From an uncultured Planctomycetaceae bacterium (GTDB lineage Bacteria; Planctomycetota; Planctomycetia; Planctomycetales; Planctomycetaceae), in contig CAWFGE010000014.1 in the NCBI GenBank assembly GCA_963815195.1, positions 141,097 through 205,096 on the forward strand: a stretch of 64,000 bases of DNA, given 5' to 3'. Below the pieces are notes generated by a model. It saw only the letters and a list, made by a program, of their open reading frames with translations. It did not search any database and was not told the origin of the DNA. Of the stretch, positions 1 through 10,462 are shown piece after piece. How positions within the stretch are numbered: position 1 is the stretch's first letter; each line of letters opens with the position of its first letter. The position numbers and the translations under genes are program-made.

Positions 1-1
1 G

Positions 2-745
2 TTTAAGAGCGAAGCCGAGTCCGAGCCAGATGCGGAGGAGGCCAAGAACCCGCGGGTCATCGGTCCGCCGAACCGCGTGAAAGCCTACGGGCTCTTGGTG
101 CGAAGCGTGCTCCCCAAACCGTTGGCGGGCTTTTTCGCGGCGGTGGTGGTTGGGGCGATTTTGAGTTCGTTCAACTCAGCCCTCAACAGCACCGCCACGC
201 TGTTCAGCCTGGGGGTCTATCAGCACATGATCCGCCCGGGCGCCACCGAAGAGCAGGTGATTCGGTCGGGCAAGTGGTTCGGATGGATCATCGCCATCGC
301 CGCCATGAGCACCGCGCCGCTGCTCGCCGGCCAGGAAAGCATCTTCGGGTATCTGCAGAAGATGAACGGATTGTATTTCATCCCGATTTTCTCGGTGGTG
401 TTCATGGGGATTGTGCATCGGCGGGTGCCTGCCGCCGCCGCGAACACCGCGCTGGTCCTGGGCTTCGCCGCGATTGTGCTGGGATATTTCGTGCCGCCCT
501 TCAAAGGTTGGGCCGAAGCGATCCACGGCTATCATTTTCTGGGGCTGGTCTTTGCCGCGCTGGTGCTTTTAATGTCCGTGTGGGCGAAGGCCGCTCCTTT
601 GGAGAAAGCCTGGGAGCAGAGATACTCCGGCGACGTCGATCTGACGCCCTGGAAACCCGCGAAAATCGTCGGCTTGATCCTGATTCTGATCGTGCTGTCG
701 ATGTACCTCTTCCTGGCGGACCCGTCTGTGATCGGTGGACCCTGA
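2..745 (+). CDS. Sodium:solute symporter (SSS family), 3' part; 5' end outside window
   Basis: Frame open from base 2; '[19 protein letters not shown]' SSS motif and multiple TM helices. Confidence 0.85.
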   Translation, partial: FKSEAESEPDAEEAKNPRVIGPPNRVKAYGLLVRSVLPKPLAGFFAAVVVGAILSSFNSALNSTATLFSLGVYQHMIRPGATEEQVIRSGKWFGWIIAIAAMSTAPLLAGQESIFGYLQKMNGLYFIPIFSVVFMGIVHRRVPAAAANTALVLGFAAIVLGYFVPPFKGWAEAIHGYHFLGLVFAALVLLMSVWAKAAPLEKAWEQRYSGDVDLTPWKPAKIVGLILILIVLSMYLFLADPSVIGGP

Positions 746-1196
746 TCGCTTCGACTTTCTGCGCGCTCAAATTGGCGACAAACGCGCAATTCCGATCAAA
801 ACTTGCCAGCAACACTCCCGAAATGTTTCAAGCCGACGACGGCATCTTGCCGCGGTCGATCGCGCTCGGCGGCTGGAATCCGCCGCTCCGAAAATGCCCT
901 CAACGCGCCGAAGCCCTAAAAACCGGCATTTTCCGGGAAGAATGCTTTTTTGAGGAAAAGCCGATGTTATCTGAACGGATGCCCGAAAACACTTGTGCTA
1001 TGTATGACGGTTCATTAGTATTACTGAGGTTGAGCATCAAGCCTTACCCTAAACGCCAAATATTCATCAACAAATTTTTGTCCATTGGTTCTCTTCCATT
1101 GCATACTATAATCGAGTATACTCATGCCAATCTTGCGAGATTGACAGTTGGTGTCGGTCTCATCGGTTGTCCACTTTTAGTCAGGGAGTCGCGACA

Positions 1197-1808
1197 ATGC
1201 TAAACAGCACTTCAACCAAGCCGGCGTTAACGCCGCGTCAGCGAGAAATCTACGAATTTCTCAAAGACAAAATCGTCAACCGGGGATACGGGCCGACGGT
1301 CCGGGAAATTGGAGCCCACTTCGACATCAAATCCCCCAATGGCGTGATGTGCCATTTGAAGGCGCTTGAAAAGAAGGGTTTGATCACACGGGAATCGCAT
1401 ATGTCCCGCGCCATCCAACTGACCGAATCGCCCCAGAAGCGGATGAGCCTGCCGCTCGCCGGCCAGATTGCCGCGGGCAGCCCCGTCTTGGCGGAAGAAG
1501 ACACCGAACGCGTCGATTTCGCCGACCTCTTTGATGCGGAAGATCACTTCTGCCTCAAAGTCAAAGGCGATTCGATGATCGAAGACCACATTTCCGAAGG
1601 CGACTTTGTGATTGTCAACAAGCAAAGCAGTTGCCGGGACGGAGAAATCGTGGTCGCTTTAGTGGACGGCCAGGAAGCGACATTGAAGCGGTTCTACAAA
1701 GAGCGCGACCGCATCCGCCTGGAACCGGCCAATTCCAAAATGAAGCCCATCTACGCCAACAACGTGGATATTTTGGGCGTGGTCGTCGGCGTGATCCGCC
1801 GCTGCTAG
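1197..1808 (+). CDS. lexA: SOS transcriptional repressor LexA
   Basis: N-terminal wHTH (LTPRQREIY..GYGPTVREIG..HLKALEKKG), Ala-Gly cleavage site (IAAGSP), catalytic Ser (GDSM) and Lys (ATLKR); GGGAG upstream of ATG 1197. Confidence 0.95.
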   Translation: MLNSTSTKPALTPRQREIYEFLKDKIVNRGYGPTVREIGAHFDIKSPNGVMCHLKALEKKGLITRESHMSRAIQLTESPQKRMSLPLAGQIAAGSPVLAEEDTERVDFADLFDAEDHFCLKVKGDSMIEDHISEGDFVIVNKQSSCRDGEIVVALVDGQEATLKRFYKERDRIRLEPANSKMKPIYANNVDILGVVVGVIRRC

Positions 1809-1837
1809 TTCTGTAAAAACGTGGGCTTGAACAAATG

Positions 1838-1912
1838 AGCCGCAGGGCGCTAAGTGCTCTGCGAAAGCAAAAACTTTGGGTGAAAAAATTAGCCGCAGGG
1901 CACTAGCCGCGG
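1838..1912. repeat. Two direct copies of a short REP-like motif AGCCGCAGGGCRCTA
   Basis: agccgcagggcgcta at 1838 and agccgcagggcacta at 1891. Confidence 0.55.
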
Positions 1913-1941
1913 TTTTTCCAAATCGAAATAGACGATTCCAC

Positions 1942-1982
1942 AGAAAGCCCGGCTTGTCCCATTAAGCCGGGCTTTCTTTTTT
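1942..1982 (+). terminator. Rho-independent terminator between convergent lexA and arnT-like genes, possibly bidirectional
   Basis: 14-bp stem agaaagcccggctt / aagccgggctttct followed by a T run. Confidence 0.85.
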
Positions 1983-1986
1983 GAAA

Positions 1987-3777
1987 TTATCGCCGAGTGG
2001 AACCGTCCGCGCCGCGGGCAAACTGGATTCCGCCGGGCTTCGGGCGGCCGAGGATCACGATGTCGTGCCGGCGCAGAAACCGCCGCCGGCGGGCCAGGAT
2101 TTCCGTCCCGTCCGGCAATAGCGGCCGCAGGTGTTCCAGGCGGTCGGCCCGCGTGATGAGCAAACTGTCGTCCCGCGACAAGAGTTCCGGCACGTCTTCC
2201 GCAACCTGGCAGCGCTCGATTTTTCGCTCGGCATAAAACACCAGGCCCGGCGGCAAATAGTTGAAGGCTCCCGCGGGCGAGTTCGGATCCTGATGCTCGA
2301 GCAGTTCCGCCGCGAGATAGGCCCCGTCTTGATGCCGGCTGATCCGCGGTGCCGCCCATGTGAACACGACGAGGATAAACAGCACCGCGACTGCTCCCAC
2401 CGCTCGGCGGGCGGCGATGAGTCCGCGGCGTTTGAGAATCCGCCAAACCGCGATCCCGCCCAACATCGGCACCAATCCCACCATCGCCAGCATCGTTTCG
2501 CCGGGCAGCAGAATCGACGCGGCAAGGCCCAGGCCGACCGCCATCGCGATCCCCACGCCTACAAAAGTCCAGGCCGCCCAGGCGAAATCTCGCATCACCG
2601 AAGCGAACACGGCCTCTTCGCCCGCCCGCTCAAACCACCACGCGGTGATGAGGGCCAGCGCCGGATAGCAGGGCAAAATGTAGTTGGGCAGTTTCGTGCG
2701 GGCACAGGTGAAAAAAATCAGATACACCAGAAACCAGCACACGACGAAGACGACGCCCGCCGACTCCGGCGTTCCCCCGCGAAGCCGGCGAATCACCCCC
2801 CGAATGACCGGCACGCAAAACACCGACCACGGGAAGAAACCGATCAGAATCGCGATCGGATAATACAGCACCGGACCGTTGTGGCCTTCCATCGGCTTTA
2901 AGAATCGGCCCACGTTGTGCTGCCCCAAAAACCCGCGAAGCCAGGCTCCATCCGTTTTGATTCCCACGGCGACGTACCAGGGCAGGGCAATCACCGCCAC
3001 GCATACGAGAATCCAATACGGCCGCATCGCCCAGGCGATCCGCCAAAGCTCGCCCGGCTGAAACGAACGCTTCAAAAATTGCTTGACTCTTATCCAGCGC
3101 GAGACGGGCGTGGCGATTTCCTGCGGTTCGACGCGGTTCGCGCGAGCGATGGCGGAAACGTACAGAAAGCAGCCGATCACCACCGAAGGCAACAGCACGC
3201 CCACCGGCCCCTTGGCAAGCACCGCCAGCGCCATCGCACTATAAATCGCCAGAAAAGCCGGCGTCCGCTGCGGCAACAGGTCCCGCCAACCGCGGGCGGA
3301 ATCGCACCCGGCAGCCGGCCCCAGGCGGACAAACAAAAACAGCGAAAGCGTAGTAAAGAAAATCAGCGTCGAATCCGGCGTCGAGGCCCGGGCGATCGTC
3401 GTGAACATCAGCGTGCTGCACAACATGATCCCCGCCCACATCCCCACGCGCTCGGAGAACAGCACCCGGCCGATGTTGTAGGTCAACAGACACGTCCCCA
3501 GACCCAGCGCGGCCGACCAGAACCGGGCCGCGAACTCGCTGACCCCGAACACATGGTACGACGCGAGCATCAACCAATACACCAGAATCGGCTTGTCGGT
3601 GCGAAGCTCCTCGTTGTACGTCGGCACGATCCAATCGCCCCGCACGAACATTTCCCGCCCGCACTCCGCGTTTTTCGGCTCATCCTCGTCGAACAGCTGC
3701 GGCGCGCCCAGGCCGAGAAAAAATGTCAGCAAAGCCATCCCGGCCACAAGCATCCATCGGGGCATTCGGCGTTCCAT
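1987..3777 (-). CDS. ArnT-like GT-C (PMT_2) membrane glycosyltransferase
   Basis: 'LFDEDEPKNAECGREM..GDWIVP..DKPILVYWL', 'LAKGPVG', 'TKLPNYILP'; many TM segments. Confidence 0.85.
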   Translation of the reverse strand: MERRMPRWMLVAGMALLTFFLGLGAPQLFDEDEPKNAECGREMFVRGDWIVPTYNEELRTDKPILVYWLMLASYHVFGVSEFAARFWSAALGLGTCLLTYNIGRVLFSERVGMWAGIMLCSTLMFTTIARASTPDSTLIFFTTLSLFLFVRLGPAAGCDSARGWRDLLPQRTPAFLAIYSAMALAVLAKGPVGVLLPSVVIGCFLYVSAIARANRVEPQEIATPVSRWIRVKQFLKRSFQPGELWRIAWAMRPYWILVCVAVIALPWYVAVGIKTDGAWLRGFLGQHNVGRFLKPMEGHNGPVLYYPIAILIGFFPWSVFCVPVIRGVIRRLRGGTPESAGVVFVVCWFLVYLIFFTCARTKLPNYILPCYPALALITAWWFERAGEEAVFASVMRDFAWAAWTFVGVGIAMAVGLGLAASILLPGETMLAMVGLVPMLGGIAVWRILKRRGLIAARRAVGAVAVLFILVVFTWAAPRISRHQDGAYLAAELLEHQDPNSPAGAFNYLPPGLVFYAERKIERCQVAEDVPELLSRDDSLLITRADRLEHLRPLLPDGTEILARRRRFLRRHDIVILGRPKPGGIQFARGADGSTRR

Positions 3778-4004
3778 CGCGTTGTTGTCTCCGTTCGTCC
3801 GTCTGCGGGCTTCCCAAGATTGCCTGGATTCTTTGGCTTATCGGATTTTCGGACCGATTTGGGCAGATTCCCTCTTTCGCGAAATCCAAAAATGGTGAAA
3901 ATGCCCCGGTCCACCCGACAAGATAAACAGGGTTTTCTCAAAAAATCGCTTTGAGATCCAGAACATTTCGGAATCGCTCGCTCCACTCGACAGATTACCA
4001 GTTT

Positions 4005-4742
4005 ATGACGGTCACTCCGCTCAAAGGGCATTCCACCGCCTGTCCACAGGACAACCGCCTCTGGCAAGAGGAGCATCCGTTGTGGATTTCGCACGCCTTT
4101 ACCTGGAGAGGCTTGATCCCGCCGGGTCTGTTGCTGCTGGCGGCGTGCCTGTTTCTTCCCGCGGATGTCTGGGTGTCGCTGTATTACTACAAGATTCCCG
4201 CGGGGCATCCCAAATTCTTGCGGAACATCTTGGATAACGTGGAACCGTTCGGGCACGCGGTGGGCGTCGTGGTCGCGGCGTTGTCGGTGATGCTCTTGGA
4301 CGGCCGGCAATGGAAAACGGGCTTCAGCGTCTTGGGGGCGGGACTCGGGGCCGGGCTCGCGGCGGATGTCGCCAAGCTGCTCATCGGCCGGGTCCGGCCG
4401 CGGAATTTCGATTTTGACACCCTGGACGTCCGGGCGACGTTTGAAGGGTTTCTGCCGTTTTTCAGCGGGACCTCGGGCAGCCAGAGCTTTCCCTCGGCCC
4501 ACACCGCGACGGCCTTTGCGATGGCGGTGATGCTCAGTTCCCTCTATCCCCGCGCGCGGGTGCTGTTTTTCCTCTTGGCGTTTCTCGTGGCGGGGCATCG
4601 CCTGCATTCGGGCGCGCATTATCCGAGCGACATTCTCACCGGGGCCGCGATCGGCTGGCTGTTTGCGATGTGGTGCATCCGTCTCGCGGTCCAGCACCGC
4701 TACCTCGCCACTCCCTCGGAATCCACGTCCGCTATTCGATAA
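4005..4742 (+). CDS. PAP2-family membrane phosphatase
   Basis: Motifs 'KLLIGRVRP', 'SFPSAH', 'RLHSGAHYPSD'; start uncertain. Confidence 0.85.
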   Translation: MTVTPLKGHSTACPQDNRLWQEEHPLWISHAFTWRGLIPPGLLLLAACLFLPADVWVSLYYYKIPAGHPKFLRNILDNVEPFGHAVGVVVAALSVMLLDGRQWKTGFSVLGAGLGAGLAADVAKLLIGRVRPRNFDFDTLDVRATFEGFLPFFSGTSGSQSFPSAHTATAFAMAVMLSSLYPRARVLFFLLAFLVAGHRLHSGAHYPSDILTGAAIGWLFAMWCIRLAVQHRYLATPSESTSAIR

Positions 4743-5550
4743 ACTCGAACACGGCCTTGGTGGGCGGGTCATCGGGCAGGCCGAGTTCGGCATTGATCCT
4801 GCGGTGATTGGTGTCTTTCGCCGGGAAGGTCTTGGCGGAAATGCCCGCTTCCCTGAGCGCCTCGGCCAGCCGGTTCGATTGCAGCTTCGTTTCGGGATGC
4901 TCCGCCACATGCAAAATCAGAAACGGCGGGAGCGATTTCCCCTTGGCCACGTGGCTCACGGGCGAGAGGTCCTTTTGGCTTTCCTCATCGCCGAACTTTC
5001 GGCGGTAGATGTTGGCGATCCGCTCTTCGACGGTCCGAATCTGCAGGGGGACATCGTAAGTGTCGCCGTCCACGGGGACGCAGCCTTTGACGATCTTTAG
5101 GGGCAACCCCTCGGCCTTCAGATAACTGTCATCCGTGCAAAGGAGGGCGGCCAGTTGCGCCCCGGCGGAATGGCCCATCACGTAAAACCGCTTGGGATCG
5201 CCGCCGATCTCGCCCGCATGATCGTGAACCCAGCGGAACCCCTTCGCCACGTCGCCGGCCATCTCTTTGATGGATGCTTCGGGAATCAAGCGGTAGTTCG
5301 TCGAGACAAACACGTACCCGCGGTCCACAAACGCCTGGGGCTTTTTGTCCATTTCGGATTTGTCCCCCGCCTGCCAGCCGCCGCCGTGGATCCAGAACAC
5401 GATTGCGTGCGTTTTGCCGTCCGCCGGCGAATAGACATCGAGTGTCTGCCGTTTGTTCTGCGTCTCGGCATAAGCCACATCCCGAAGGGTCCGCATTTCC
5501 GCCCCGCGCACGGAGCCGGCGAGCAACAACAAAACCGGAAGCCATCTCAT
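4732..5550 (-). CDS. Secreted alpha/beta hydrolase (carboxylesterase-like)
   Basis: Signal peptide, HGGG oxyanion motif, GHSAG nucleophile elbow. Confidence 0.85.
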   Translation of the reverse strand: MRWLPVLLLLAGSVRGAEMRTLRDVAYAETQNKRQTLDVYSPADGKTHAIVFWIHGGGWQAGDKSEMDKKPQAFVDRGYVFVSTNYRLIPEASIKEMAGDVAKGFRWVHDHAGEIGGDPKRFYVMGHSAGAQLAALLCTDDSYLKAEGLPLKIVKGCVPVDGDTYDVPLQIRTVEERIANIYRRKFGDEESQKDLSPVSHVAKGKSLPPFLILHVAEHPETKLQSNRLAEALREAGISAKTFPAKDTNHRRINAELGLPDDPPTKAVFEFIE

Positions 5551-5607
5551 GCCGTATTCCTTATCGCAAAGAGAAGAATCATCGCCGAAATCCCCTGGTC
5601 ATGTCCC

Positions 5608-5637
5608 CTCGTTGCCAAGCTGGAGCTTGGGAACGAG
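5608..5637. repeat. REP-like palindrome CTCGTTNCCAAGC-N4-GCTTGGGAACGAG
   Basis: Hairpin; related copies at 51083-51217 and inside the 51356-52077 duplication. Confidence 0.7.
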
Positions 5638-5858
5638 AGGAATCACTTCACGGATATGATGGAGCGCCCCGACGCTGGAAACAAGTCTGCCGGAAAACGC
5701 GGGTTCCCCGGAACGGCCTTGTCATTTAAGATTAAGAGTATTCCCCCTGAGCAACGGTTCGCCCGCATTGCATATTGTCTTTGGGCGGTTGCCTCTCTTG
5801 CTTGTCCAATCCTTCGGAGTCTGTTGTTTTGGCTGCTCATAAACAAACCATTTGCCGA

Positions 5859-7409
5859 ATGGGTTCTGTGCTGGCGTTGTGGCTGGGTTTGGGCGGCTTC
5901 TGCCCGCCGGTTTTCGGAGCCGTTCTCGCCGACCAAAGTGCGCGGGCCAGGCAACTGGCGAGCTATCAAGAGCAATACCGCGAACTGGCGGAGAAATACA
6001 CCCAGGGGTTGGGGCAAATCGCCGACAAAGCCGAGCGGTCGGGTTTCGCCAAGGAGGCGAAAGCCATCCGGGGACTGGCGGTTCCGTTTGATCCCGAAAA
6101 AATCCAAGCCGACGGCCTGCCCCGCGCGGCGCTGCCGGATCTGCCGGTGAGTCTGCCGGACGCGGAGCGTTGGCGGCTCGAACTGCGACAGCACCGCGAA
6201 GACTACGCCAACCATCTGTATGTGCTGTCCCGGCGACTTTTGCGGTCGAAGTTTCCCAGTGCCTCGTACCGGCTCGTGCGGGAAGTCGCCTCGGCCTATC
6301 CCGATCACCCCGGAGCCCGGCGGATTCTGGGATTTCAACCTTGGAAAGGCGAGTGGATCACCCCCTTCGAGGCCGAGCAAGCCCGCAAGAATCTTGTCTG
6401 GCACGAGAAATACGGCTGGCTCCTCAAAACCTACGTCAAACGCTACGAAGACGGCGAACGCAATTTCCGCGGCAGCTGGATGCCGGCGGCGAAAGAAGAA
6501 GGAATCCGCCGCGTCTTCTCGAACGCGTGGATCATTCGCACCGAGAATTTCCTGATCGAGACCAACCACAGCCTGGAGCGGGGCGTCGAGATCGCGACAA
6601 AGCTCGAAGAATATCACGACTTTTTCGTGCAGACCTTCGTGGGATTTTTTCAAACGCCCAAGCAGCTCGAGGATTTGTTCAACGAAGCCGCCCGCCACCG
6701 CCGGGGCACGAAGTCGGACGCCGAACGGTTCCACGTCCACTATTACCGCACCCGCGACGAGTACATCCAGGCCCTCAAGCAGAAAGTGCCGCAGGTCGCG
6801 ATCACCAACGGCCTGTACCACAACGGCGACCGCATCGCTTACTTTTACGACGCCCCCAAAGAAGACAAGGAAAGCTTGGACTCGACGTTGTTCCACGAAG
6901 CGACGCATCAACTGCTTTACGAAACCCGCTTCCGCAACCCCCGGATGAGCCAGGGCGTGGGGGACGATGCGAACTTTTGGATCGTGGAAGGCATCGCGTG
7001 CTATATGGAGTCCCTCAAACGCCAGGCCGGGAGCGTCACGCTGGGCGATCCGGAATTCATCCGCTTCTATTGGGCGCGGAACCGTTACCTCAAGGAAAGC
7101 TATTACGTTCCGCTGGCGGAGTTCGCTTCCATGGGGATGCGAGAATTCCAGAGCCATCAAAACATCTCCCGCAATTACAGCCAGGCTTCGGGATTGGTGC
7201 ATTTCTTCATGCACTCTCAAGGCGGCGTGTACCGCGATGCGATGATCGAGCACATTTCGCAGATCTACGCCCCCGGCCGGCGGCTTCAATCCGCCGCGAG
7301 CTTGGCCGACCTCACCGGCGTGTCGTTCCCCGAGTTGGACAAGCAATACGGCGACTACCTCCGCGCCGAGCAGGATGCGATCGACCGCGCCCAATCCCGC
7401 ACGCCGTAA
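5859..7409 (+). CDS. DUF1570-domain protein (putative secreted HExxH metallopeptidase)
   Basis: Signal-like N-terminus; 'LFHEATHQLL..WIVEGIACYME', 'YSQASGLVHF'. Confidence 0.75.
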   Translation: MGSVLALWLGLGGFCPPVFGAVLADQSARARQLASYQEQYRELAEKYTQGLGQIADKAERSGFAKEAKAIRGLAVPFDPEKIQADGLPRAALPDLPVSLPDAERWRLELRQHREDYANHLYVLSRRLLRSKFPSASYRLVREVASAYPDHPGARRILGFQPWKGEWITPFEAEQARKNLVWHEKYGWLLKTYVKRYEDGERNFRGSWMPAAKEEGIRRVFSNAWIIRTENFLIETNHSLERGVEIATKLEEYHDFFVQTFVGFFQTPKQLEDLFNEAARHRRGTKSDAERFHVHYYRTRDEYIQALKQKVPQVAITNGLYHNGDRIAYFYDAPKEDKESLDSTLFHEATHQLLYETRFRNPRMSQGVGDDANFWIVEGIACYMESLKRQAGSVTLGDPEFIRFYWARNRYLKESYYVPLAEFASMGMREFQSHQNISRNYSQASGLVHFFMHSQGGVYRDAMIEHISQIYAPGRRLQSAASLADLTGVSFPELDKQYGDYLRAEQDAIDRAQSRTP

Positions 7410-7492
7410 AGCGTCGAATTCCGCGGTCCTCCCTGGTATAGTGAACGCTGCAATCGAAGCCGGTTTTCATCATCCTTGCGAGGATCATCCCC

Positions 7493-9039
7493 TTGAGCAT
7501 TCGCCGAACCGCCCGCGAGTTGTTGTGCGGGCCCGTATTGTTTTTCCATATCGTCGCCTCGGCGCCCTCGGCGGAGAAGACCCCGGCCCCCAAGTGGTCC
7601 GTGGACGTGGAGTTCTCTCCCCAAGTTCATGCCAAACCCTACACCGGCCGGGTGTATTTGTTTTTCAGCAAACAAGACGAGCAGCCGCGCATGGGGCCGA
7701 ACTGGTTTCGCCCGGAGCCGTTCGTGTCCCGCGATGTGAAAGACTGGAAACCCGGCGAGACGCTGACTTTCTCCAATAAAACTCCCGGCCGGATGCTCGC
7801 GTATCCGCGCGAGTTCTCGACGGTCGATTTGTCCGGCTACCATGTGCAAGCCGTCGCCCGGTTTAATCCGTACGAGCGAAACGTCGGCACCGGAGCGGGC
7901 AACGGTTATAGTTCCGCCCGGGAACTTCCCGCCGATCTGATCAAGGACCAAGAGCCATTGCGGTTGGCGATCGACCAGATCGTGCCCGAGCGCAAGTTTT
8001 CCGAAACCCGCTGGACCAAAGAACTCACGGTCCGCTCCGGGCTCTTGAGCGACTTCCACAATCGGGACGTGTATCTAAAAGCCGCGGTGCGGTTGCCGGC
8101 GAGTTATTACGAACAGCCCGAGCGGCGGTATCCGGTGATCTATCAGATCCCAGGTTTCGGCGGCACGCATTTCATCGGGAAGCGAGAAGAACCCGTTGAA
8201 GAAGACAACAAACAGGGCGTGGAATTCCTGCGGGTGATTCTCGATCCCAGTTGTCCCTTGGGGCATCACGTGTTTGCGGACTCGGCGAACAACGGGCCCG
8301 TGGGCGAAGCGCTTATCAAGGAACTCATCCCCGCTCTCGATGAAAACTACCGCACCGTTGCAAAACCCACCGCGCGGTTTTTGACGGGGCATTCCTCGGG
8401 CGGCTGGAGCAGTCTTTGGCTGCAGGGGACCTATCCCGATTTCTTCGGCGGGACCTGGAGCACCGCCCCCGATCCCGTGGACTTCCGCGACTTCCAGCGA
8501 ATCAACCTCTACAAAGATGGCGAGAATATGTACAAGGACGCCGACGGCGAACGCCGTCCTCTGCCCGCGCCGGCGGCAAAGTCCTGCTGTGGTATCGCGA
8601 CTTCGACCACATGGAAACCGTGCTTGGTCCCGGCGGCCAATTGCATAGTTTCGAAGCCTGCTTCAGCCCCCGCGGAAAAGATGGCAAACCGGTGCGCGTC
8701 TGGAACACAGACACCGGCGAAATCGACACCGCCGTCGCCAGGACCTGGGAGAAGTACGACATCCGCCTGATTCTCGAACGCCACTGGAAAACCCTCGGGC
8801 CGAAACTCCAAGGCAAGCTGCACGTGTTCATGGGCAGCGAGGACACGTTTTATCTCGAAGGGGCCACGATGCTCCTCAAGGAATCCCTGGACAAACTCCC
8901 CGGCGATGCGGTCGTCGAAATCCACGAAGGCAAAAACCACGGCAGCCTGATGACCCCGGAACTCATCAGCCGCATCCGTAGCGAAATGACCGCAGCCTTC
9001 TTAAAACATCATCAACCGATAGAGCGACAAGACAATTGA
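7493..9039 (+). CDS. Secreted esterase (alpha/beta hydrolase, enterochelin-esterase-like), frameshift near 8562
   Basis: 'GHSSGGWSSLWLQ' in ORF 7493..; C-terminus 'FMGSEDTFYLEGA..GKNHG' continues in ORF 8416..9039. Confidence 0.75.
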
Positions 9040-9171
9040 CGCCACGGATGAAACACGAATCGAACACGGATTATAGAGAATGAGTTGACGTAATCTGGTC
9101 TGCGATACAAACGACGCAATGTCTTTTTTGCACCCAAGTCCTGCACAAGAATAGCCATGCTATTTTTGTCC

Positions 9172-9277
9172 TTACGCCGAAGGCGTTATATGACAAAGCC
9201 CAGGGTCAGCGGCGCAGCCGCGCCACCCTGGGTATCGGTTTCGAAAAAAAATTACGCCGAAGGCGTTAGACAAAGCC
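9172..9277. repeat. REP-type composite element
   Basis: Direct repeats ttacgccgaaggcgtta at 9172 and 9252 flanking hairpin cccagggt..gcggcgcagccgc..accctggg. Confidence 0.7.
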
Positions 9278-9329
9278 GTCGTTTTTTGAGGAACAGTAAC
9301 ACCGTTTTTATGCTGATGGAGTTATCCCG

Positions 9330-10364
9330 ATGAAGTTCACCTCGTTAATTTTTGGTGTGTTGTGTTTAAGCGTTTCCGCGGCTTTCGGGCAAGATCTGAA
9401 ACCCACCGGCGAGGCTTCGATCATCCCGAAAGGGGCGAAGCTTGAAGAGGTTTGGAACGAAGGCCTGTTCACCGAAGGCGTGGCGGCGGCGCCCGATGGA
9501 GTTTTGTATTTCAGCGACATTGCCTTTGTGGCCGAGAAACCCGGGCGGATTCTAAAGTACGATCCCAAGACCGGGAAAACGGAGGTGCATTCCGCCGACA
9601 GCGGCAAGAGCAACGGCCTGTTCTTCGACACCAAAGGCCGGCTGATCGCCTGCTGCGGCGCAAACAACGGCAAACGGGCCGTCGTGGAAGTGCTGGCCGA
9701 CGGCAAACTGAACGTGCTCGTGGACCGCTACGAGGGCAAACGGCTCAACTCGCCCAACGACCTGGTCGTGCATCAGGACGGCAGCATCTATTTCAGCGAT
9801 CCGCGTTACGTGGGCGAGGAACCGGTCGAGTTGTCCCAAATGAGCGTGTACCGCATCGACCTCGACGGCTCGGTGCACCGCGTCACCCAAAGCACGCCCG
9901 GACCGAACAGCATCCAAAAACCCAACGGCGTCAACGTCTCGCCCGACGGCAAAACGCTGTATGTGGCCGAGAACAACAACGGCAGCCTCGATGTCACCAA
10001 AGAAGACGCCGACACCAAGATGGGCCGGATGACGCTCAACGCGTTTCCCATCCAAAAAGACGGCTCGCTCGGCAAAAAGACCGTGCTCGTGGACTTCGGC
10101 GACCAGGCCGGCACCGACGGCATGACGATCGACACGAAGGGCAACATCTACGCCGCGGTCCGGAGCGAGAAACGCCACGGCATCGTCGTGTTTTCGCCGA
10201 AGGGCAAGGAACTCGCCTACATTCCCACCAAGGATCTGCCCACGAATTGCTGCTTCGGCCGGCGTGATGACGCCCATACGCTGTACGTCACCGCCGGCAC
10301 GGGCTTTTATCGCATCAAGCTGAACTCGATCGGTTATCACTCTGTGGAAAACTCGGCGGACTGA
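9330..10364 (+). CDS. SMP-30/gluconolactonase family protein, secreted
   Basis: 'FTEG', 'LNSPNDL', 'YFSDP', 'PNGV..SPDGKTLYV', 'DGMTID', 'PTNCCFG'. Confidence 0.9.
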   Translation: MKFTSLIFGVLCLSVSAAFGQDLKPTGEASIIPKGAKLEEVWNEGLFTEGVAAAPDGVLYFSDIAFVAEKPGRILKYDPKTGKTEVHSADSGKSNGLFFDTKGRLIACCGANNGKRAVVEVLADGKLNVLVDRYEGKRLNSPNDLVVHQDGSIYFSDPRYVGEEPVELSQMSVYRIDLDGSVHRVTQSTPGPNSIQKPNGVNVSPDGKTLYVAENNNGSLDVTKEDADTKMGRMTLNAFPIQKDGSLGKKTVLVDFGDQAGTDGMTIDTKGNIYAAVRSEKRHGIVVFSPKGKELAYIPTKDLPTNCCFGRRDDAHTLYVTAGTGFYRIKLNSIGYHSVENSAD

Positions 10365-10462
10365 GTTTTTTCAAAGCATTTCGGCAACGTGCGAGTCCGA
10401 ATATCGTCTGGTTCAATACGGTCTTTGTCGCGCTTTTCAAAATCCAGCCCCGGGAGAACTCC

